64,000 nt of DNA. Origin: Monocercomonoides exilis PA203. Its lineage: Eukaryota; Protista; Preaxostyla. Below, piece by piece: positions 24,226 to 34,200 of this stretch (its first letter is position 1; the number at the start of each line of letters is the position of its first letter). The notes below the pieces were generated by a model, which was not told the DNA's origin, ran no database searches, and saw only the letters and a list, made by a program, of their open reading frames with translations. Where the stretch lies: contig LSRY02000014.1 in NCBI GenBank assembly GCA_001643675.2, forward strand, positions 1,674,001 to 1,738,000, in the 5' to 3' direction. The position numbers were made by a program, and so were the translations under genes.

Positions 24226-26291
24226 CTATTCCAGATAATTCATAACTGTTACATAATACTCGTTATACTTGGGTGCTTTAGAACTATATTCACCATCGCC
24301 ATGAACATTCTTTTGCTCATCTATCAAGATGCCTTTTCAATCTGCTTTTTTACAATTAGCTCGACTCAATTTGTTGCACAGCTTTAGCAAATTAGTGAAA
24401 TCGTGCTTGTACAACATAACGTCAGTCCAGAAATTAATTCCGTTTAAAATGTTCTCCTTTTTTTTGCGGATTTCATCTGCCTTAATCACACACAAGCATC
24501 CTTTTGAAAATTCCTCAATATGCTGCGGAGATAAATTCAATTCCGGAAACGTTCTGTTAATTTTATCAGCATCAGATTGAGAAATATCAATTTCGTCTGC
24601 TTCGGCTTTTGTTTCAACTTCTTCTTCAGGTTTTGTTTCGGATTCTGTTTCTGCTTCTGATTCGACTTCTGTTTCTGCTTCAACTGCTGCTTCAACTGCT
24701 GCTTCAAATTTTGATTCCTTCTTTTTAGTGATTTTCTTTTTATTAGTAGAATGGGAATTATCTGAACTTTTAACAGATGTGTATTCCTGTTTTTCACTGG
24801 AAAACCAAGAGTTTTCAACAAAGTCCGTTTCACATTTTGAGGCAATAGATCAATGAATTTCTTCACTTTCTCTATTCCCCACTCCACAAGATCTACTCCA
24901 AATTTCAGCACAGAACCAATTAAACGAATTTTGCTCAAAGTTGATTTCGAGAAGTTTTCATTTGCCTTGACTTCCATCCCTTCAGCAGTACCAATCAATT
25001 TCTTTTTTTGATTCTGAAGCTTTTTGACACGACTTTCGGAAGGTTCATTGGATAATTCTTTTTGAATATTTTTTTAGCTCCTCATCTGCAATCCAGTTAT
25101 AATGAAAATCTTTTGTTAAATTTTGGGCTTTAGCATTAATGTGGTGTTCGACTTTATCCACATAATTGATCGCATCCTGTTTTCCAATGAAAAACACTTT
25201 GCGTGATGGGTTGTCAACAATAAGTTTGAATTCTCTGATATCCACTCCAAAATTAGGCTTTCCCCCTTGAACAGTCTTGAATGCGTACTTCATGAAAAAT
25301 TTGTTCAAAGATTTTCGGAGATGGCTCATCACAATTCGCTCCATCAAATTTCTGATATTCAGTTCTTTTTCAAATTCTTTCAAAATGGATGTCAAAATGT
25401 TTATCAATGGGAAAATAAATGGTTTCTCTGAAAAAGTTTCGCCTAATGTCATTTTTTTTCCAGCATTTTCGAAGTGTTCAAACAAAGATATCATCTTCAT
25501 TGTTATCGAAGATGCTTCATATTCTTCTGAACTGATAAATTCTATGAGTTTCGACAAATCTGAATTTTCAAATTTATTTATCGTCACCTCATTTGTATTC
25601 TTGTTTAAGAAAACAATGCACTTGTCACCTGAGCACAACACTTTTCCATAATCTTCGATGGCTTTGTTTAAAAGCGAAATAGAACACGCAAAATAAATGG
25701 ACTGATTAATAACTGCCTCATATCTTTTGTACTGCTTTTCATATTTTTCTTTAAGTTTCGTATTTTCATAAAATGCATGAAACTGATAAACAGGAATAAA
25801 TGATTCTCCCAAATGCCATCCAGGAATAAACTTGTGGTAGTCCTTCCTTTTTTTCATCTTGTAAGCTTTTTTTCTGTTATTGCATTTCTCTTGAGATTTC
25901 GATTTTATTCTTTTTTCATAAGCTTTTTTTATTGTTTCTATTGAGCAAAAACATCTGACGTTTCTATCAAGAAGTTTTTGTAGAAAAGTTTTCAATGGAA
26001 CCAATGAATCGTTAAAACCTGCGTAGCAGACATCGCTCTTAAAAACCGCATCAAATCAAGGAACATATTCATCTGATGTTTCAAATTTTGGATCGCTTTC
26101 CTCAATTTTTCCTTCAATGTCTGGCTCAGATGTTGGCATTTCGCATTCCAAGCAAAGTCTTTGAAGTTTTGTGATATCACCTGGTTGTTCTTCAAACTCC
26201 TTGTATTTTTTTAAACTATTATCAATTTCTTTTATCTCCTCATTTCGAACCTTATCTGAATCGTTTTGATCATTTGAAATTTTGTTGATCA
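24226..26291 (-). pseudogene. 3' part of an intronless unknown gene (~700+ codons) interrupted by the DIRS element
   Basis: ORFs 26056..26322, 25045..26004, 24537..24998 and 24337..24540 join through in-frame TGA codons (26056-58, 24337-39) and two apparent 1-nt frameshifts in A-runs (~25070, ~24795). Confidence 0.65.
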
Positions 26292-26390
26292 AATTCGCAA
26301 TGGAGCGAATCAACAAACGCAAAAAGCAGGTTTGCTCATCAATAATGAGTATTAATTTAAAGTATGGGTGGTTTTAGATCAAACATCGCC
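26292..26390 (+). repeat. DIRS left terminus / 5' ITR
   Basis: 26292-26350 is the reverse complement of 31650-31708 (about 3 mismatches). 26311-26390 is an imperfect inverted match to 32326-32405. Confidence 0.9.
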
Positions 26391-26431
26391 AACAATTTTT
26401 CTTTTCTCACACACCATTGTCAGCAGGAAGA

Positions 26432-27661
26432 ATGAGTCAAGATACTGTTAGAGCGCCAAATAGCGACGGCGAGGACAGAGGATTTGATCTTATTCACAGG
26501 CTTTCAAGGGTAGAAAACATGATCGAAGAAATCACCAGAAGCCAAGCATGGCCAAGTCAGTCTGGAGCTACGGGGATGCTGCCAAGGAGAAAAGTGAAGA
26601 GGGAACGGCTAAGGAGAGCAAACAGATCGAGATGGAGCGAGCCGGAGTCAGATGCAAATTTTGATGACCTGATCGCGATGCGGAAACAAGGAAAGTGTGA
26701 GAGATTGCGTCGTTTAATTAGCGGTACGAGGAAACGTGAATATAAAGAGGATAGTGACTGGGATTCGGAAGAGCAAGAATTTCAGGAAGAGAAAGAAGGA
26801 ACAGATGACTTTACTAGTATCTTTCCCAGGGAGTGGTTGACACCCCGGAGACAGGTGAGCGAGTTGAGGAAGTTCTTTTAGTTTTGTAAGGCTGGATCGT
26901 TAAGAATGAATGATGATATACTGAATACATTTATTCCAGATAACGAGAAGGAGTTTTTTACAGGACATACAGACACAAGCTGGATCGCGCTAGCTAGGAC
27001 AGCTATTACAACAAAGGGGAGAAGAGATTCACCTGAAGCAAGCCGAGCAATTGAAATCCTCCAGCCGGCCATAGAATCGGGCTTTGAAGCAGCGAAAGCG
27101 ATTGCAGCCCTTGCAGCAAGTGAGTTAAGGAAAACACATATTGAAGAAGAGGAGAAAGAACGCCTGAGAGGACTATTTTGCGCCTATGCGCTTATTACCG
27201 ACTGTATCAGCAGAATTAACCTACTAAAGGTTAAACTCCAATCGGGCTGGGAGAGCGCGAAAGGCTTTTTTGAAGGATGAATGTCCAAGGAGGTGCCGGA
27301 GAACCAGAAGAAGCTGGTAGAGAGCACCAACTTTTTTCAAGCAGAGGGAGATGCAACAGGATGCGGTGCATCTCCCGATTCCACAACCGGTTTCGGGCCC
27401 GCAACGGCCAGAAGTGGACCCCCGAGAAGATACAGTTCGGGAAGGAGTACCAAAGGATTCGTATACAGACAGCTCCAGAGAAGGGGATACGGCAGGAGCT
27501 TCATAGATTTCAGGGGAAAGAAGAGAACGCCCCAGTTTCAGGCACAGTTCGCTTCATCCATCATTGGAAGTCCAGTCCCTATCACTGGACCATTGCCCAC
27601 AGCTCCCCCAAGGACACAAGGAGGGACAGCTGTGGAATCAACAATTGAAGCCGGCAAATGA
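26432..27661 (+). pseudogene. DIRS ORF1 (Gag-like), interrupted by in-frame stops
   Basis: ORFs 26417..26881, 26906..27280 and 27281..27661 are in one frame, separated by TAG and TGA. Position 5' of RT and an Arg/Gly-rich C-terminus fit DIRS Gag. Confidence 0.7.
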
Positions 27662-30075
27662 TAGCAGGAGGAAGGAGGAAGAGAGGAGAGAGAGGAGAGA
27701 GAGAAGAGAGAGCCGCGCTTTGCCGCGAGACCGAGAGAGGAGAGAGAGTAGAGAGAGGAGAGAGAGAAGCAAATTACAGCGAGATGAATATACGACGAGC
27801 AACCGTAGTTCCGGGCGAAAAGCGATCAGAGACGGAAATGCAGAAACAACAGGTGAACGTCAGAGGGACTCTGAGCTCGTTATACCAAAGAAAGGAGAGA
27901 GAACGAGAAATCACGGGGGTTCCGGCGAGAGAGATATCGATAGAAAATGCGCGACACGAGACAACGAGAACAGAAGGAGACTCCGAATATCCCCGGGTGA
28001 CGGGACAGAAGAGCGAGAGGGAGAATGGGAAGATAGTTTGGAGATCTTCTGGGACTGTTATCGGGTCTGCATTAGGGAGCTCACTGGAGGAGAGCTCAAA
28101 GACAGTTATTGCAGATACTCTCGAAGTAGAAGAGGGAACACAGATACAGTTTGGCCACAAGACGCCAGGAGTGAGGAGGAGTATAGAGATTGGGCCACTG
28201 AAGGAGCCACTTCCTGGGGACTAGTGAACAGGCTGAGCGAGTGGAAGAAGATAAGGGGAGACAAACTGGTGAGCCGTGGTATAAAAGCTCGATGGAAAAG
28301 TCCCCAATCCCCAATCTTACTCGAGGAGAGAAAACACAGACAAGAGTTTCGGGGGATGACGGAGATGACGAACAATTATTCATCCCTCTTGGAGGAGGAA
28401 TTGAAGGAAGGAGTGGTGAAGCCCATACAGGAGTCGGAGGTGAAGCGCTTCAACCCGACATTCATGGTGATAAAGAAAAAAGGAAAGTGGAGAAAGATCT
28501 TGGACTGCAAGGCGCTAAACGAGGAAGAACAGGGAAAGCACTTCAAGATGGATTCCCAGGAGACAGTGGTGGAACTTCTGGAGGAGAACGATTGGATGAC
28601 CACTTTGGATATATCGAGTGCATACCAACATGTCAAAGTGGACGAGCAATTCAGTCCCTAACTGTGCTTCAGCTTTCAAAGTCAATGCTATTCCTATGTG
28701 GGGATGCCATTTGGGGCAAAGGATGCACCCAGAGTATTCACGAAGATAATGAGGCGGGCAGCGTCTTTCAACAGAGAACAGTGGAAGGTGAAGCTTGTAA
28801 TATATCTGGACGACATTTTCCTCATGCATCCAGACAGGGATGCATTGAGATCGATCTCACCGGAGATAGCCCATATCTTGAGGAGTCAGGGCTGAATACT
28901 GTCTGAAGAGAAGCTGAATTTGGAACCTACAAGGAGCGTGGAGTTTCTGGGATGGTTGTGGAATTCAGAGAAGATGGAAGTGACGCTCCAAGAAAGGAAG
29001 AGAGTGCTGCTCCTGGAGGATGTGCGAATCTGGATAACATGTGCAAAGAGAAAAAAGAGCCAAAAGACAAGAGACCTGTCAGCACTCCTCGGGAGGCTGA
29101 ATTTTGTGAGGTTACAACACCCACCAGCGAGCTTGTGGATGAAGCGAATGCAATACGTGCTGAGGCAGGTAATATCCCGCTGGGGATGGAATGGAACGGT
29201 AATAGCCAACCCAATGATTCTGGGAGAATTAACACATTGGAGGAAGATCTTGCTAGGGAACAGACCGAGGTGTCTGAGGAAGAGAACAAGGCTAGCAGAG
29301 TTAATGACAGACGCGTCAGAGCTGGGATGGGGTGCAGTATTAACAATACCGAAAGAGAACAAAGAGGAGAAGATTTATGTCCACGGAAGTTGGATTAACC
29401 AAGAGAGTGCGTTAGCGATAAACGAAAAGGAGTCCAGAGCAGTGTTGAAGACACTAGAGAGAAAGGGAGCATGGCTGCAACAACAGAAGATAGACCATAT
29501 TCGTCTGAGGACAGACAATATGTCCACGAGATGGACGATTCAGAAGAAGAGGGGAGCGCCATCGCTCATTCCAACACTGAGAGCATTACAGAAGAAACTG
29601 AACAGCCTGGACATTACGATACAAACGGAACATCTCCCGGGAGAGCAGAACACGGAAGCAGATGCACTCAGTCGGATGGCGAGAAAGCCGGACTACGCAC
29701 TGAAGGGGGAGAAGGTCGCAGAGATATTGCAAACAGTCGCATCAAGAACATAAAATACAATTTCAGAACAGATTGCGCCGGTGCTCTGCAAAAGTTCTTG
29801 GAGACCATCCTCCGTGAGAAGGAAGAGAGAGAGAAACGCAAGAAAACGAGATAGTACTAGTCCACACTTTCATGAGAAACATTGGACGGGTGCTGAAAGA
29901 GAAGATGAACGATTCTTAAAGGGATCTGACGATCCTGATTCTGCCAGTCTGGCGGTGGCAGACCTGGACCCCGCTACTGCAGCCTGGGCATTTGATAAGG
30001 AACCTGGGGACCTTTCAGAAGTGCATGATACTAGGAGCGAAGATGAGAAATGATGACTAGAAGTTACCCCCATGA
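27564..30075 (+). pseudogene. DIRS Pol: reverse transcriptase, RNase H and degenerate methyltransferase-like domain
   Basis: RT motifs KWRKILDC, TLDISSAYQHV, GMPFG..APRVF, IYLDDI, EFLG. RNase H motifs TDAS..GWG, INEKE, TDN, HLPG..N..ADALSR. Downstream LILPVWRWQTW..LL matches the DIRS MT-like tail. Stops at 28659, 28893 and 29751. Confidence 0.9.
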
Positions 30076-30119
30076 GAAGTCATATGGATTAGACTGGAGA
30101 GGAAAATATCCAAGGAAGG

Positions 30120-31030
30120 GACCTCTTCTAAGCGTGGGGAGAATTCATTGGAGCGAAGGACATATCAGCAGCAATATTGAGTAACCCAAATAGTGAAAGA
30201 GATACATGGAGAGCGCTGAGAAGATTTAACAATACTTGGACAAGTGAAGTACTGATGATACTGACCCCTTCACAACCAAAGATGCCAAGTGGATTATGGT
30301 AGAATTTATTGAAATTATATCCAATTCAAATATTTCAAGGGGAGAGATTAATAAAGCTGAACGAAAAGTGTTCGAGTTCATAAACTTTTTTAGAGAAATT
30401 AGGACGAATGTGAAAGATATTGATTCATCTCTTTAAATACACGCTGAAGATAAGCCGAGAAGGGGCAAATTATATAATTCGATGTGGGTTTTTTCAACTA
30501 TTACAAAAGGGGAAGAAGCCACAAAGAATTTCATAGACCAACAAATACTTCAGAGGAAAGCCCTCATCCTCACTATAATTTTGTAACTTTTGAGCCAGCT
30601 GAGCTGGAGAGATTGAGAAGGGAGTGTTATATATTGAAAAAGAATACGGTATTAATAGAAGTGCATATAGAGACAACTTTTAGGAAGACAATAAAAATCG
30701 ATATTAACAAACATTCAAACGCACTCATCGAAGCAGAAGAAACGCTCCAACGTTGGTTCAATTTTGCGAGGACAACTTAAAAAGATGAACATGTGTGGTT
30801 GATATTATAAAAGGTCAGCCTGCAAATATGCAGAGAATAAAAGAAGAATTAGAAGCTATTCAATGAGAGTATGAAATACACGACACTTTGACAGCGTTCT
30901 CGATGAGACACAAAGTTATAATACACATATCATGACGAAAAGGTTCGGATAGGAAAGCGAGTAATACGCACGCAAGAGGGGATCCAGGATCAAGAGTGAC
31001 CCAAAAGATTGAAAACATTTAACATGTTCA
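30120..31030 (+). pseudogene. DIRS tyrosine recombinase remnant, heavily decayed
   Basis: Expected position after Pol. TAFSMRH (~30891-30911) resembles the YR (H/Y)SxRH box, followed by a PGSRV segment. Many stops and frameshifts. Confidence 0.55.
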
Positions 31031-31649
31031 AAATATGTAATGGATTCTGTTGACGATCGACTTCCAAGAACCCCCTCGTGGAGAAGAAGAGAAGCTGTAT
31101 ATTAATAAAGGAAGGAAGGATATGAAAATCGAGAAATGGAAATTAGAGATGAAAAATTGCACCAAAAATACATCAGAAGCTAAGGGAGAAGAAGATATGA
31201 GAAATGGAAAGAAGTTAAAGAGACAAGATTTACCGAGTTGAGAAAAGAGAAAGCTAAGAGAAATAACTTGCTCACAGAACTCCTCAGCCCGACCACACGA
31301 GTGTCGGAGAACACATCTCATAATTCCCAGCAGAGTTAGCGAGCTGACTGGAAGCAAACACACTGCCTCACAGAGAAAGAAGGGCACAGACCGGAGGAAG
31401 CATGGTGTGAGATATCTAGATTGGAAGATAAAGAACTCAAGAGAAACGAATTCCCGGTCGAGAACGCCTCGGAAACACCCCAAGAAAAGGAGGGAGTGGA
31501 GCCAGTGGCCGCACCTTCATCCGCAGTCCCTCTTTTCATCCGCCGTACGATGACGTGCTAGGCAGGAGGGTTAAAGATCATAATAAATAAATAAATAAAT
31601 ATAAAATTAAATAAGAATAAAAAAATTTAAAAAAATATGGGTTTTCAAG

Positions 31650-31738
31650 ACTCATTATTGAGGAGCAAACCTGCTCCTTGCGTTTGTTGATTCGCTCCAT
31701 TGCGAATTAATAGAAACGCAGTGAGACAGGTTTGCTCC
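31650..31738 (+). repeat. DIRS internal complementary region (ICR)
   Basis: 31650-31708 is complementary to the left end (26292-26350). 31707-31738 is complementary to the right end (32379-32410, about 2 mismatches). Confidence 0.93.
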
Positions 31739-32325
31739 GAGATAATACAAACGCGGATGGAGAGACTCAAAGATGCTGGATGCGAAGGAAAGCCACATGC
31801 TAGTGAGAAGATGACGAGAAAAAGGTCGAGACAGCAGAGGAGAGAAAGAAAGATCAACCACCCGAAGTCTATAGTGTGCACGGATTACCTGGTTAAAGAA
31901 ACATGGAAAGAATTAATAGCTTAAAGAATAATCCTACTCCTTTAATTATTGTTGAACAAACTGCTAATAGAAGAATTAAATTGTTAATAATAAGTGTGTG
32001 ATGATTGGGTTAGCTCTGCTAATGCAACAGAGAAGCAAAAGGCAGTATTTAGTGCAGACAGCTTTCTTTTCCACTCCTCGCAAAAGCGAGAGAGGGTTTT
32101 CTTTCTGCACCGTTTTGATAACACTCGCCTCACCGGATCCCTGCACTGACTGCAAGAGAAAGCTCCGAGGTGCAATGTCCCCTGCCCTCTGGTCTTCGTG
32201 ACAAAGGCAAAAGGCGAAGTCGGTGGTGAAGTGAAGAGGACAATGTATTTTTATTTATTATACAATTTTTAATGTTATTGTTTTGTATTTTCATCTCGCC
32301 CTTTTTTCTACGTCATTCTTGGAAG

Positions 32326-32410
32326 GGCGAAGTTTTTCACTCAAACCACCCACAAATTAAATAAATACTCATAATCGAGGAGCAAACCTGTCTCTCTGCG
32401 TTTTTATTAA
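32326..32410 (+). repeat. DIRS right terminus / 3' ITR
   Basis: Inverted match to 26311-26390; ends ...CTGCGTTTTTATTAA. Confidence 0.88.
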
Positions 32411-32525
32411 AACAAAGATTATTTGCACAAACAATTGTTTTTATCATCATTGGATGTACAGATGTACCAATTTGATTTCAGGACAACAGTTAAATTCGTT
32501 AGTGAAATTATCGTATGAAAAAAAC
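32411..32525 (-). pseudogene. Probable 5' part of the minus-strand gene interrupted by the DIRS element
   Basis: After removing the element the frame reads ...NLTVVLKSNWYICTSNDDKNNCLCK*SLF|LINKISND..., continuous with 26056..26291 apart from one TAA. Confidence 0.45.
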
Positions 32526-32716
32526 ATTACAAATTCTTTTTTTCTTCAAATTGAATAAACAAAATTTAATAAAAGCAAATTTTTCCTATCTCTTAACTTG
32601 AAATGTCTTTTGGCTGTAAAAAAAAGGACTTTTTTTTGATCATTTCACAAAAAATTGATTTGTTTATTATGATCAAAAAAAATAGCTGAAGTTGGAAAAG
32701 AAAAAAGCAAGCAGAA

Positions 32717-34200
32717 ATGGAGACGATTGACTATCGAATTTATGAAAATGGACTCGAGAGAATGGCGCGAATTCTAATTGACGGAAAAGCCAGGCTTGTG
32801 AATGCCACCAACTTTAGTGACATTGCAAAAAAAACATTCATCCATGCAGTGAAGGCTCTTCAAAGTGACAGGGATGTTGCCAAAGTGGGAAGGCCATCAT
32901 TGATGCGCAAGGAAAAAAAGGAAATTGTTACAGACGTAATTAAAATTGAAGCAAAGTGTGGAACAAACCTGACAGTGAAGAAAACAAAAGAATTGGTTTG
33001 CAAAATATTTTTATTATCTTTTTATTTGTTTCTGGTTAGATTGAAAATGCGATAGAAGATGAAAATTCATAGATTTCATATGATGCTTCATTAAAAAAAA
33101 GAAATTTCAAAATCCGCGGCTTATTACTTCTTGCGAAATCAACCAGAATTGAAATTTCAAAAGTCAAAAATTTTGAATTCAAAACATCTTACAGCATCTT
33201 GTCAGATGTTTTTGAAACCTTGGTTTGAAATGCTTATGATTTGCATTCAAATCACAAATATTGAAGGGAACTAATCTTTAATGTTGATGATACATCACCA
33301 AGATTATCTGATAATAGCTAAAAACTTTTTGGGACATCCTCGGAGTCTCCTTCTGCCTATTGCCTTTCTCCTTCGAGAGTGCGAAAAGCGATGCTTGTGG
33401 CTGCTGTTTCCTCAGATGGTTTTTCTTTGCCTGCAATTGTTCTTTGGCCGAGTTCCAATATTCCGGAAGAGTTGACTCCTCTGTTATCTCCTTCGCTTGA
33501 TGTGTGGAGCAATACAAACGGTTGTATGAACTTTTCTTTATTCGAACGATACTCTTTGCACGTTCTGCTTCCAGAAATATAAGAAAAAAAGAAAAGAATG
33601 AAATTAACTGAAGATAGATGTTTGCTATTCGTAGATTCGCGCAGCTCTCGTACAAACCCTATTATTTGGAGAAAATGTATGGAATCGAATGTGGATGTCA
33701 TCACATTTGTTCCTCACACAACACATATTTCACAACCTCTCGATAGAGGTGTTTTTGCTGTTCTTAAATCGGTTTTAAATTCATCAATAGAAATCCCTCA
33801 ATCCTTAACAGCTTTTTCCAACAAAAAGGCTTTGGCAGACATCCTTCCTCAAGCTCTTCACTCTGCATTCGCACCATCAGTAATATAGAATGCATTTGAA
33901 GAAAGTGGTGTTTTGTTTTGATCATCAGGACTGGTTTTACGTAAATTGCCCAAACACTCTTCATTTCCTTTGCCCACTTATTCAAATCGTTTTGATTTTT
34001 ACGGAAAACTGCTCACAAATGAGGATTTTTAAGAAAAGTGGGAAGAAAATATACTTATTCGAACAAGTGCGAAATGTTCTGAAGCCGAAGAAGAAACAGA
34101 AAACATTGAAGATACTCTTCCATTAAAGTCAAAGAAGAAAAGAGTTTATCGAAGAATTTTGCATGATGACGTGAATAATACAAAAGAAGAAAATTCGACA
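32717..34200 (+). pseudogene. pogo/Fot1-like (DDE_1) transposase remnant, DD35D, with a probable 44-nt intron (32996-33039)
   Basis: GRPSL HTH linker; IFNVDDT (first Asp, ~33275-33295); AAVSSDG..LP; NGCMN; LLFVDSRSSR-(35 aa)-QPLDRGVF. Frameshifts and stops present. Confidence 0.85.

Larger units (their letters stand above)
26292..32410 (+). mobile_element. DIRS-type tyrosine-recombinase retrotransposon, full-length but inactivated
   Basis: Gag-like, RT, RNase H, MT-like and YR remnants in DIRS order, plus inverted terminal repeats and an ICR complementary to both ends. Purine-rich sense strand. Confidence 0.92.

Noticed and set aside
28230-29750. Ty3/Gypsy LTR element, or bacterial retron/DGR/group II intron RT
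   Set aside because: No direct LTRs, protease or DDE integrase. ITRs, ICR, RNase H, MT-like and YR remnants indicate DIRS, and no template/variable repeat pair was seen.
26879-29753. In-frame stops in DIRS ORFs as evidence of a non-standard genetic code (TAR=Gln or TGA=Trp)
   Set aside because: All three stop types occur, at positions expecting different residues (FSP*L for Tyr, G*IL for Trp). Frameshifts are also present, and host genes end in TAA, TAG and TGA.
32070-32100. TCCTCGC as the L3 loop of an HDV-like ribozyme
   Set aside because: Flanking P3/P1 pairings are absent; the motif is part of a simple hairpin.
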